DNA of 64,000 bases, from the IMG/VR virus record IMGVR_UViG_3300045988_138996, positions 128,001-192,000 of that record, one strand, 5' to 3'. Shown in pieces: positions 10,155 to 19,865 of this stretch. The first letter of the stretch is position 1. Every line of letters begins with the position of its first letter. Origin of the DNA: a virus. The position numbers and the translations under genes were made by a program. Below the pieces are notes generated by a model, which saw only the letters and a program-made list of their open reading frames with translations, was not told the DNA's origin and made no database searches.

Positions 10155-13100
10155 TTGAAACCTACATGGGGCATTCGCAAATTAAATGAATATTCCGTCG
10201 ATAAAAATACGGCAATTATCATTACTGATAGCGAAAAAGATAATTACTATTGGGCCGATATTCCTGATGGCTCATTATTAGTTAATGATAAAACTGGTAA
10301 TCTTTCTATTAAATTAACAGGAGAATCTGATTGGGTACCGATGGGTATTCGTAAAGACGGTACTGAAAAATTAGTTAAAGATGCGATTATTAACGTCGAA
10401 TATTATACGATTGTTAAATTTGAATTAGAACATAATCGATTCTATTATCATGACCGTGAAGAAATTACTCGTATCGGTAAGTTAATTAACGGTAAAGCTC
10501 AGTTTAAAGTTGGTTCTGGTTTGTATTTACCAGGAACTAATCAACTTGAAGTATTGATTAACGATAGTATTCATCGTAATACAGTCGATGGTGGTCTTGA
10601 AGAAATTAATATGAAGTATTTCCAAATCGATGCCGACGATATTCGATTGGGTTCTACTGTTACGGTTCGTTATATTAATTACGAACGATTAAGTGAATTA
10701 TATCCATTTATCTATACACAAGAACAAGTTCCTTGGTTTTTTGAAGATAAAGACTTATGGATTAATCCATCTGACAACGTTGATATCAATGGATTAACAA
10801 TTACACCATTAAGTTATTATGTAAAATATTTAGATAATAACGAAGCTGAAGTTATTGTATTTACGACAAAAAATTCTCGATTAATTGCATCGAGAAAAAT
10901 GAACGAATATGTAAATAAAATTACGGATAAAAATATTAATCGTTTCAAAGTGACGAGAGAAAATAATAATTTCTATATTAATTTATTTTCGACATATCCT
11001 GGATATAAAACTTCGTTTGCTAAAGTTTTAATTAAAGGATTAATTTCTGACGAAGATAAATTAACACTCGATGTTGATTTAACGTACCCTAATAGTGGTA
11101 TGGCTAAGACATCTATTAAGACACAACTTGGTAATATCGTTACGATTAAACGTAATAATAAAAAAATCTATGCTGCACAAAATATCGGTATCGGTGTACA
11201 ACATACATTAGCTCGTGAGGATCATGATTATGATATTATAGTATTTGTTAAGAATCCGATAAATGGCTTAACTAAAGAAAAAGTATTAACTGTTGACCAT
11301 CGAAAAATTGTTTTAATGGCCGATATAAGCCATGAAACAACTAATACTGGAACGAACATAACAATATCGACAATATCAAATGCCGATGTGAAAATAGAAG
11401 TGTTAAATGATGTAACAAATCAATTTGAAGAGATTGTTTTAGGTCGCTCTAATGAGTCTGGGAAATATAATTTTATTGTTCCTATTACCACTGCAAAAAA
11501 AAGATATAGAGTAATTATTTCTAGCGATAAAGCAGATAACAAGATTAAAGAAGAATTTGATGTATTTTTACATCGTGGTTCTCCTGAGTTATCTGCATCT
11601 CATACAAGAAATAAAAACGACATTTCTTTAACGATAAAAACAGAATCTGGTTCTAGAGTTTTGGTTAAGTATAATGGAAACATTATTCATTCAAATATCG
11701 CCGATATTAATAATACTGATATTTATATGTTTGATGCAGATTATGAAAAAGATAGGGTATTCGTAATTGAGTCGACGAAAGAAAATAAGATTTTTGAAAC
11801 TATTAATTATACTATTCCAAAATCAGAAAAATATATTCCAGATATTCTGTTATCTTTAAAACAAATCCCTGCAAACTTTATTAACGAAACAAATACATAT
11901 CGATATGAAGGTAGTTTCCTTAATATAAAAACAGAATCTGGATCACTTATTACTGTATACAATGAAGACGGAACATTATATAAAGATAAATTTAATCCTG
12001 ACGGGATTGAAAATTTATTATCTAATAACTTCTCCGACGGCGGATTATCTTTAACAAATCTTCCATTAAATAGACGTAAGTATTTTTTGCCACAACGCAG
12101 AACAGATAAAGTATATAAATTAAAGTCTATAAAGCACGGAAAAATAGACGAAGAAATAACTTTTACTGTTTTAGGCTCTGGTCTTAATGAATACGAAGCA
12201 ACTTCTGATGACAATAGTTATGTATTAAATCCTTATATCGACCTTTATGAAAATTCTGATTCTTATAGAACTTTCAAAATTAAAATAATAAAAAGAGATG
12301 AGTTCTCTGAACCGTCTATTTATTCTCCATCTAAAGTTCAAATAAAAAATAAACCAGATACATTAATTACTTATAACAATATTGATGGTAAAGACTATTT
12401 TAAAGATCCTACGCTGTATGGTGGTCCTTCTTCATATAGTGTTTATTTTGATAAAATAAATAATACATATAAAGCCAATCAAAAACTTTTAAATCATTTT
12501 ATGAATTTAAGATCTGATAATTCTTTTGGTTTTTCCATTCCAGTTAAAATTAACAATATTGATGAATTAATAAAGACTCAAACATATACATTTGTTGTCG
12601 ATAATGATCAAGAATACACTTTTACATATTCTCCTGTAATGCTTCACTATAAGAATCTTGATGATTTATTAATTAGAGTATCTTCTGATAGAATGAATAA
12701 TTCTGAATATAAAGATATCATAAACAGCATTAGCAGAAAAGGATATGATTCCTCTGTTTATTTATCTGGTGCTGATTATGTTACAAAATATGCTTTAAAT
12801 TCAAATGTTAAAGTTATTCATCCATCTTTAATTCGTCATATATCTATTTCTACTGATAGAGGATATAATTTAGAAACAGAAAAAAATAGTTTAGTTTCCA
12901 AATTAAAAGAAAAAGAATACATCAAAAATGATGAGCAAGAAGTAGTTGTTGATAATTTTAATCTTTTTGGGAATCAAAAATTAATTAGAACAAAAGAAGA
13001 ACGTAACCATGTTTATGTTTTACAACTTTCTAATTCAATAGAATTATTTCCTCTTAATTTCCAATATGAATATGCAACAGCATTACTTAAAAATAATAAA

Positions 13101-15149
13101 AAATATGAAAGTCACGTTAATACAGATGCCTATTGTCCTAATTTTATTTTTGATTTAAGAAATATTAGCGAAGAATCAAAACAAATTTCTGTTCCGATAA
13201 AAATAAAAAGAAATAAAGTTTTCTTTGATACATTAAAGGAATTAGGATATTCTTCTAACGATTATCATAAGAGCAATGAAATAAATCAAATTAATCTTGG
13301 ATGTCGAAATTTATTAATTTTATCAAATAGAGAAACTGTTCCTTCTAACTATTATAATGCTGTCGACAATATAAATATATCTGGTATTTATTATATGCCG
13401 AATGTAACATCTGTAAAAGATGATGCATTAAGTATGTTATCAAGAACATTCGTTTATTTAAATTATCCAAAATTAAAACAACTTGGAAACGATTGTTTCT
13501 ACAATTTATATTTTAATGATGGATATGTTGGAAGTCTTTATGCAGAGTGTACGAATTTAGATAATGATAATACTATCACAATTGATAATACGAATTATCA
13601 GATTCTGGCGCGGCGCTCGCCATTCCCTTCGAACGGAAATAGTGATGGCAAATTTAAGCTAAAAATAATAGCAGATAATTGGTATCCAAATATTACAAGT
13701 ATCGATGATGTCGATAAAAAAATAGTAAATAAATTTGTATTTGTATTATCTGGTCTTGAAGAAATTATTTATGATAAGAATGATCTTACTTTTACGTATC
13801 CAATTTTAAACGGAAAAATTACGACACAAAATTGGGCAGTATCTTATTCTTATCCTCATATCGATTCTACTAAAGTTAAATCTAATAATATTTATAAAAA
13901 TAGTGCTAAATTCTTTAATTGTAGTTATTTAAAAAAAATAAACTTAGACTATTTTAAAAACTATTTTTCTGATTATGTCGATTTCCAAGAATGTCGAAAT
14001 GTTGAAACAATTATTATGCCAAAAAATTATTTGGTAAAAGGAACACTTTCTCGAACATTTGAATATTGTGGCGTTAGCACAATAGAAAACTTTGATAATT
14101 TATTAGTTTGTAACGAAAATTTAAATTCTACGTTTAGAGGATGTACAGAATTGAAATCTGATTTAAATATGAATTATTTAAAAGTTACAGATTCTTCTGC
14201 ATTTGAAAAGTGTGGAAAATTGTCAAATTTTGTATATCGAAAAGTAAATGTCAATGTTGATTGTGAAGGAAATATTGTAAATCTTGACGGATGTTTAGAG
14301 GCATCTGAGCGCGGAGAAAAAATAATACAAAATAATTATAGTTATTATTCTGACACTTCTATAACGCAAGAGTCTTTTGATAGAATTAAAAAGCATATGA
14401 AAAAGATGACAAGATCTCAATTTGCAAAATGTAAAAATATTAAAGAACTTGTTATCGATCAAAATTGCCCTCTTGTTTATTTTATGAATGCATTTAATAC
14501 ACCATTGAAAAAGATAGTCTTCGATAATAATACTATCGATTGGCTAGAAGTAAATGATGAAATGTTTAAGGATAACGATTTAATTTCTAACGCTCAAGCT
14601 TATAAAATAAATTCTAATAGTTTACGAATATTTAATGCCGGACAAAATAGTTTAGGTTTATATAGTTCTATTCATAGTTTAAATATGCCAAATTTAAAAT
14701 ATTCTTTTGTTGCTAGTCCGAATAAATTGCTTGGTGTATATCATGTCGATCAATTAGAAAGATCGTTGTTTACAAAGCATATTCCAGATACCGCTGGCAT
14801 AAATTCAGGTGTAACATATAGTGTTTTCAATAAAAGTAATTCTGAAAATGTTATACAAAATGAAGAACTTCAATTAATGAGTACTGCGTTCACATCTCAT
14901 TTCTTCGATGAAAGTATAAATAAAAATGATATTAAAATAAAAAAACTCATTTATATGTCAAAAGATTATAGCATATCAGAATATGATGGTATTATATGGA
15001 CTGATTCCGTATTTTTAAGTGATTATCATCTTAAAAAATGGGTTGAAACAATGAGATGGCCTGCATTGGAAGAAGTCGAAGTTAAGACAAATATTTTTTA
15101 TCCGGAAAAAACTGTTTTAGGAGTCAAAATTAAATATGTCCAAGCTTAA
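10155..15149 (+). CDS. Giant tail fibre / receptor-binding protein (1664 aa) with C-terminal BspA-type leucine-rich repeats
   Basis: TTG start 8 nt after a perfect AGGAGG (10141-10146). The N-terminal ~180 aa are shared with the next two genes. LRR_5-like F..C..L repeats are present: KFFNCSYLKKINL, DFQECRNVETIIMP, TFEYCGVSTIENF, TFRGCTELKSDLNM, AFEKCGKLSNFVY, QFAKCKNIKELVI. Confidence 0.75.
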   Translation: MKPTWGIRKLNEYSVDKNTAIIITDSEKDNYYWADIPDGSLLVNDKTGNLSIKLTGESDWVPMGIRKDGTEKLVKDAIINVEYYTIVKFELEHNRFYYHDREEITRIGKLINGKAQFKVGSGLYLPGTNQLEVLINDSIHRNTVDGGLEEINMKYFQIDADDIRLGSTVTVRYINYERLSELYPFIYTQEQVPWFFEDKDLWINPSDNVDINGLTITPLSYYVKYLDNNEAEVIVFTTKNSRLIASRKMNEYVNKITDKNINRFKVTRENNNFYINLFSTYPGYKTSFAKVLIKGLISDEDKLTLDVDLTYPNSGMAKTSIKTQLGNIVTIKRNNKKIYAAQNIGIGVQHTLAREDHDYDIIVFVKNPINGLTKEKVLTVDHRKIVLMADISHETTNTGTNITISTISNADVKIEVLNDVTNQFEEIVLGRSNESGKYNFIVPITTAKKRYRVIISSDKADNKIKEEFDVFLHRGSPELSASHTRNKNDISLTIKTESGSRVLVKYNGNIIHSNIADINNTDIYMFDADYEKDRVFVIESTKENKIFETINYTIPKSEKYIPDILLSLKQIPANFINETNTYRYEGSFLNIKTESGSLITVYNEDGTLYKDKFNPDGIENLLSNNFSDGGLSLTNLPLNRRKYFLPQRRTDKVYKLKSIKHGKIDEEITFTVLGSGLNEYEATSDDNSYVLNPYIDLYENSDSYRTFKIKIIKRDEFSEPSIYSPSKVQIKNKPDTLITYNNIDGKDYFKDPTLYGGPSSYSVYFDKINNTYKANQKLLNHFMNLRSDNSFGFSIPVKINNIDELIKTQTYTFVVDNDQEYTFTYSPVMLHYKNLDDLLIRVSSDRMNNSEYKDIINSISRKGYDSSVYLSGADYVTKYALNSNVKVIHPSLIRHISISTDRGYNLETEKNSLVSKLKEKEYIKNDEQEVVVDNFNLFGNQKLIRTKEERNHVYVLQLSNSIELFPLNFQYEYATALLKNNKKYESHVNTDAYCPNFIFDLRNISEESKQISVPIKIKRNKVFFDTLKELGYSSNDYHKSNEINQINLGCRNLLILSNRETVPSNYYNAVDNINISGIYYMPNVTSVKDDALSMLSRTFVYLNYPKLKQLGNDCFYNLYFNDGYVGSLYAECTNLDNDNTITIDNTNYQILARRSPFPSNGNSDGKFKLKIIADNWYPNITSIDDVDKKIVNKFVFVLSGLEEIIYDKNDLTFTYPILNGKITTQNWAVSYSYPHIDSTKVKSNNIYKNSAKFFNCSYLKKINLDYFKNYFSDYVDFQECRNVETIIMPKNYLVKGTLSRTFEYCGVSTIENFDNLLVCNENLNSTFRGCTELKSDLNMNYLKVTDSSAFEKCGKLSNFVYRKVNVNVDCEGNIVNLDGCLEASERGEKIIQNNYSYYSDTSITQESFDRIKKHMKKMTRSQFAKCKNIKELVIDQNCPLVYFMNAFNTPLKKIVFDNNTIDWLEVNDEMFKDNDLISNAQAYKINSNSLRIFNAGQNSLGLYSSIHSLNMPNLKYSFVASPNKLLGVYHVDQLERSLFTKHIPDTAGINSGVTYSVFNKSNSENVIQNEELQLMSTAFTSHFFDESINKNDIKIKKLIYMSKDYSISEYDGIIWTDSVFLSDYHLKKWVETMRWPALEEVEVKTNIFYPEKTVLGVKIKYVQA

Positions 15150-16995
15150 TGATTATTTTGAAAAAACAATAGGTCTTCCTATTATATATCATGACTATGA
15201 AACATATGATTGGAACTCCGCAAAATTTGGCACGATTGTTGTCGATCCTAAAGAAAACAATATTGGTATTAAGCTTCGTTATAATGTAGATCAAAGGGAT
15301 CCAAAAGATCCCTTCTCTACTTATGGACCTAGCTGGGTAGCTTTAAAAATTCGTGGCGATGAAACTGTTATTGTCGAAGAGTCTTCTAGGATGCTTGTCG
15401 ATAAAATTGTATATGTTAAATATGACATGGTTGAAGGTAAGCTTTATTATACTATTAATGGAAAAGATAAAGTATCGGATGCTACGCGTCAAAATAACTT
15501 TGTCTTTGAATTAGATAAAGGTGAATATATCCCTGGCAATCATCACATTAAAGCGTTAATTAATAACACGATCGAATGTTCGCCAGCAACTCGAACTCTT
15601 AAAGAATTAGATAGCAAACATATCGTATTAAATTCTACACAACTAGAACAAGGTTGCGAGATCGATGTATATTATATCGAACGATACGATATAAAAAATC
15701 CAGTACCTCGAATCTTTAATCAAGAAGCTGAGCCTGAAAATCCTGAATCTGGTGATTTCTGGATTACTAGCCATCCTAGTGAATCGATGAAGCAAAAGTT
15801 ACCGTTAAATCTATTTGTAAGATACGACTATAATTCTATGCAGTTATTGGTCTTATTAAAAACTATTATTGGTAGTACGATTAAAATTAACAAAGACGAA
15901 GTCGAACATGTTAATCAAGTCGTTAATCGATCTTGGTCAACATTTAGAATTCCGATTCAGTATAACGAAACATTTGATGTAACTGTCGAAGGTACTAATG
16001 ATTGGTATTTAGATAATTCTGTTACTAAACATATTAAAACAACTTCTAAAGTTAATATTGCTTTATTAAAACAAGAATTAGTTAAAGATACATCAACTAT
16101 TTATTTGCAAGGTGATTCTAAGTGTAATTTTATGATTATGTCGGCAGTCGATTTATCAGATATTAAATTTACTGAATATGAAGAAGGTAAATATAAGGCT
16201 ACGTTGCCACGGCAATTAAAATCTTACTTTATCGATATTGTTTCACGTAAAGCTGATAAATTACAAACGACTATTAAAAGTATTCTTATTAGAGCCAAAG
16301 ATCCTGTCGAGATACCGTTAGAAATAACTAATAAGGAAATTAAGCTCGAGTCTCTTTCTAGTCAATATGCTAATGTAACAGTTACAGCCACTTATAATAA
16401 AGAACCACATATGATAGTTAATTCTAATTATCCTGACGGTATTACATTAGTTAATAAGACTATTGATAACGATAAAGTTAATTTTAATTATCGTATTAAT
16501 TTAGATAATGGTCAACAATATCTTTCATTTATTGCCGACGATAAAAATGGTAATGCACTTTCTAGAGTCGTATCGACAAGACTTCCTAAGAAAAAAACTA
16601 AAGAAATTCCTCAAGATTATAGTTTTATTGAAAAAGATATTGCTAGCGGCTCAATTCCTGCTAATAAATATTATATTCTTAACGGAAACAAATATGTTAA
16701 AATGTATGTTATAGCATTAAGCAATTCTACGTTAAGACTTGAAAATTTAAATGAATATAATACTGCTAATATTAAATTTATAGGTCGATCTATTGTCGAT
16801 AGTAATGGATGTCGAAAATACAATTATTTAATTCCATGCGATACGCTACTTAGGAATTCAGATGGAACTCCAGCAGATCAAACAAACTGGTATTTAGATA
16901 TTCCATATGTAAAATTTAGTGTACATATTGAAGATCCTGATGCTGTCGATTTAGATTATGTTGCTATTAGCTCTATTCTCGGGAGTCATTTATAA
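15136..16995 (+). CDS. Tail fibre / receptor-binding protein sharing the N-terminal anchor module
   Basis: 619 aa, with a 14-nt overlap on the upstream gene. The N-terminus aligns by eye with the 10155 and 16995 products (FELDKGEYIPG..LINNTIEC..LKELDSKHI..LEQGCEIDVYY). Also carries a PENPESGDFW motif. Confidence 0.7.
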   Translation: MSKLNDYFEKTIGLPIIYHDYETYDWNSAKFGTIVVDPKENNIGIKLRYNVDQRDPKDPFSTYGPSWVALKIRGDETVIVEESSRMLVDKIVYVKYDMVEGKLYYTINGKDKVSDATRQNNFVFELDKGEYIPGNHHIKALINNTIECSPATRTLKELDSKHIVLNSTQLEQGCEIDVYYIERYDIKNPVPRIFNQEAEPENPESGDFWITSHPSESMKQKLPLNLFVRYDYNSMQLLVLLKTIIGSTIKINKDEVEHVNQVVNRSWSTFRIPIQYNETFDVTVEGTNDWYLDNSVTKHIKTTSKVNIALLKQELVKDTSTIYLQGDSKCNFMIMSAVDLSDIKFTEYEEGKYKATLPRQLKSYFIDIVSRKADKLQTTIKSILIRAKDPVEIPLEITNKEIKLESLSSQYANVTVTATYNKEPHMIVNSNYPDGITLVNKTIDNDKVNFNYRINLDNGQQYLSFIADDKNGNALSRVVSTRLPKKKTKEIPQDYSFIEKDIASGSIPANKYYILNGNKYVKMYVIALSNSTLRLENLNEYNTANIKFIGRSIVDSNGCRKYNYLIPCDTLLRNSDGTPADQTNWYLDIPYVKFSVHIEDPDAVDLDYVAISSILGSHL

Positions 16996-17630
16996 TGCCG
17001 ATTAAAAATTCTAAAAAAATATCTTCTCGATTGTTATCTAATGGACGTACTACTTTTATATATTCTAATACCGATTATAAATGGGATATACTGCCTGATG
17101 GCACTCTGTTAATAGATGATGAAACTGGTAATATTAAAATTAAATTATATGGTAAAACTGATTGGACACCTCTTGAAGAGGTGTTCGATCAGGATAAAAC
17201 TTCTAATTTAATTATCCATGGTAATCGTATTATAAAAGAACCGTTCTTAGTATTAGATATCGATAAAGATAATAATACAATTACATATGTAAATCATCGT
17301 AATGAACGTCGTCATAAGTTTTTATATCCTGATCAAAAAGATACGTATGCCGTATTCGAACTCGACAAAGGATCGTATATCGAAGATAAAAATTTAATTT
17401 CGGCAACTGTTAATAATACGATAGTTTGTAATGAACAAAATTATAAGCTACAAGAATTAACTTCTAGACGTATCGGTATCGATATCGATTGTCTCGAAGC
17501 TGGTTGTTGGCTCGACGTTCAATATTATGATATCAACAAAATGACTCAAGCTGGTTATGAGATGTATCTAAATAAAGATATTTCTAAGTTAAAAGAAAAG
17601 TCATTCGGTGTAATATACGATAAGAAATAA
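16995..17630 (+). CDS. Short protein consisting essentially of the shared fibre anchor module
   Basis: 211 aa with a TAATG overlap. Motifs: WDILPDGTLLIDDETGNIKIKLYGKTDWTP and FELDKGSYIED..VNNTIVC..LQELTSRRI..LEAGCWLDVQYY. Confidence 0.65.
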   Translation: MPIKNSKKISSRLLSNGRTTFIYSNTDYKWDILPDGTLLIDDETGNIKIKLYGKTDWTPLEEVFDQDKTSNLIIHGNRIIKEPFLVLDIDKDNNTITYVNHRNERRHKFLYPDQKDTYAVFELDKGSYIEDKNLISATVNNTIVCNEQNYKLQELTSRRIGIDIDCLEAGCWLDVQYYDINKMTQAGYEMYLNKDISKLKEKSFGVIYDKK

Positions 17631-17660
17631 CTATTATTATAACTATAATGGAGTTTTTAC

Positions 17661-19211
17661 ATGGCTAAAAAAATAGAAAAATTTATGTTGTCGAAAGAAC
17701 TTCAAGATCAAATTGATCAAGTAAGTAATCTTTCTCAAATACATTTGGATCAGTTAGATCCGTCATTAAAAACTTTGCTTACTAATATCGGTACGGCTTC
17801 TCAAGGCGTTATTTCTTATGACGATTCTGAAATACGAAATCGTGTTATTGCACTTGAGAAAAATTCAGCCACTAAAACTGGTTGGTTTAATAAAACATCC
17901 GATAAATTAGCAAAGTCAATGCTCGATGAAGAGCTTAGTAATCTTATTATCGAGATGCAAGATTTTTCTGATGCTTTATTTACTAAGTTAAATAAAACGG
18001 ACGCAGATTCTCGTTATCGATTGAAAGAAGATAAAATTCAATTAAGCGATTTAAGCGATGAATTTTCTAACAACGTTCGCAGTATTAATAATAAAGTGAA
18101 TGCTTTAAATACGACATTTGCTGGCATGCAATTCGTAGCGAACGATGTAGAGAATTTGAAAAATATTATTAACGATTTGCCGAACACAGCTATTACTCAA
18201 AGCGTAGCTGATTTGCGATATCGTAAACTCGACACCAAGATTAATCTTGGTGATTTAGGTACAGATCTTCAGCCTCATGTTCGTGAATTAGTTAATAATT
18301 CTCAGAAGTTAACAAACGTTGCATTAAAATCTGATGTCGACGCTTGTCGTAAAAAAGATACGAAAATTCAATTAAGTGATTTAGAAGATTCTATTATTGC
18401 TAAGATTAATATTGTTGACCAATTGTCTACTAATATTAATACTCGTATTACAGATCTTGTAGCTAATTCATTTGATACTGGATTTGAAAAAGCTCTCGTT
18501 AAGACATTTGTTGGTGAATATACAATTCTTAATAAACAAGAATTCCAAGATTATATTCAAAAAGTATTAACAGATAATCATACTGATATCATTACTAATA
18601 ATAGAGCAACATTCGGACAAATCTTTTTTGCAATTTATAAAGAATTAAATAAAAATAATGCCGATTTAACATTCTTATCTAATGCGCTAAACGGCATTAA
18701 TTCACAGTTTGCTAATATTCAAACACAGTTTGCTTACGTAACTGATTTAAAAAATAAAAAAGCAGCGACTCATATTACAACGTTAACTAACATCTTTGGT
18801 TTGCCAGAAAATGTAATCGATGATTATTCCTCCGTAGGAAGTGAAATTCAAGAAGTATCTTCTCCAGCATCGACTACTATTTTACAAGCCGATACTATTA
18901 AAGCAGATTTTACTCAAGATGGTGCTCGTACTGCCGATACATATATTGGTGTAGCTACAAATGCTATTCACGATTGTGATGTATTACTATATTTAGACTT
19001 AAAGAATGTAACGACTGTTAATGCTAATGCTGTTAAAACATGTCCTAATTTAAATACCGTATTGTTACCGTCTGTTAAAACAATTACGGCCGGTGCTTTT
19101 GTCGGCTGCGATAATATTGCTTTAATAGTTCTTCCGGAAGGTTATGTTATTACTCATAACGAAGGATTTCCAGCTATGGCTCGCGTTATTCGTGTAGTCG
19201 GAAAGGCATAG
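17661..19211 (+). CDS. Tail fibre protein with a helical repeat region and a C-terminal BspA-like LRR cap
   Basis: 516 aa. Three copies of a (R)YR/K-K-x-D-K/T-K-I-x-L-S/G-DL repeat: SRYRLKEDKIQLSDLSDEF, LRYRKLDTKINLGDLGTDL, ACRKKDTKIQLSDLEDSI. C-terminus reads AIHDCDVLLYLDLKNVTTVNANAVKTCPNLNTVLLPSVKTITAGAFVGCDNIALIVLPEG. Confidence 0.7.
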   Translation: MAKKIEKFMLSKELQDQIDQVSNLSQIHLDQLDPSLKTLLTNIGTASQGVISYDDSEIRNRVIALEKNSATKTGWFNKTSDKLAKSMLDEELSNLIIEMQDFSDALFTKLNKTDADSRYRLKEDKIQLSDLSDEFSNNVRSINNKVNALNTTFAGMQFVANDVENLKNIINDLPNTAITQSVADLRYRKLDTKINLGDLGTDLQPHVRELVNNSQKLTNVALKSDVDACRKKDTKIQLSDLEDSIIAKINIVDQLSTNINTRITDLVANSFDTGFEKALVKTFVGEYTILNKQEFQDYIQKVLTDNHTDIITNNRATFGQIFFAIYKELNKNNADLTFLSNALNGINSQFANIQTQFAYVTDLKNKKAATHITTLTNIFGLPENVIDDYSSVGSEIQEVSSPASTTILQADTIKADFTQDGARTADTYIGVATNAIHDCDVLLYLDLKNVTTVNANAVKTCPNLNTVLLPSVKTITAGAFVGCDNIALIVLPEGYVITHNEGFPAMARVIRVVGKA

Positions 19212-19220
19212 GTTAGTTCT

Positions 19221-19865
19221 ATGAATGTAAAAGTCTATGTCGATAAGATTAAAAAATGGGTGCAAATTTCTTCTGACGAAGTGCTCGATGTAAATAAAAA
19301 TCTTTCTGATCTTAAAGATAAAGAGGCTGCGATTACTAATCTCGGCCTCTATGAAAAATTTATTTCTAAAGAAGCTCTTGAATCTGGATTTTTACCGGAT
19401 GTATTTACACCAGATAATATTGTTACAGATTCAACTCATCAGTTTGTTACCGATGAAGAAAAAAATAAATGGAATAATAAATTAAATGCACCAGTCCCAA
19501 TGCAAGATCATTTAGCTAATAATCAAATTGGCTACGATTCTGTTAATTCTAAATTTTATATCGGATTAAATAATCAAAATGTATTGCTTGGTGGTTCTTC
19601 TTGCTTCGACAATATTATTGTCGTAAACGGATTCTTTTCTGGTAACTCTCAACCAACAGTCATTCGTAATAATAAATTTAACGAAGCTGGCCAATTAATT
19701 ACTCCGGTATTCGTCGACGTACAGTGCATCGAATATACTGCCGGTGATTTAGGCGAAGTATCTGTATCATATACAACCGATGCTATTAGTATTTACAATA
19801 CAGGTTCATTTACCGGCTCATTCCAATGTTTAATCGTATATCCGTTAGGAAGTGTTAACGAATGA
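19221..19865 (+). CDS. Tail-fibre-like protein (member 1 of a tandem pair)
   Basis: 214 aa. The NLSDLKDKEAAITNLGL motif and FVTDEEKNKWNNKL match motifs I recall from annotated tail fibres. Paralogous to the next gene. Confidence 0.7.
   Translation: MNVKVYVDKIKKWVQISSDEVLDVNKNLSDLKDKEAAITNLGLYEKFISKEALESGFLPDVFTPDNIVTDSTHQFVTDEEKNKWNNKLNAPVPMQDHLANNQIGYDSVNSKFYIGLNNQNVLLGGSSCFDNIIVVNGFFSGNSQPTVIRNNKFNEAGQLITPVFVDVQCIEYTAGDLGEVSVSYTTDAISIYNTGSFTGSFQCLIVYPLGSVNE

Noticed and set aside
13604-13635. Isolated GC-rich patch CTGGCGCGGCGCTCGCCATTCCCTTCGAACGG with a possible TGGCG/CGCCA 5-bp stem inside the AT-rich fibre gene
   Set aside because: It is in frame (ILARRSPFPSNG), short, and has no repeat partner that I could find. 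It is most simply a local coding peculiarity or a remnant of a recombination junction, and the evidence for a functional site is insufficient.
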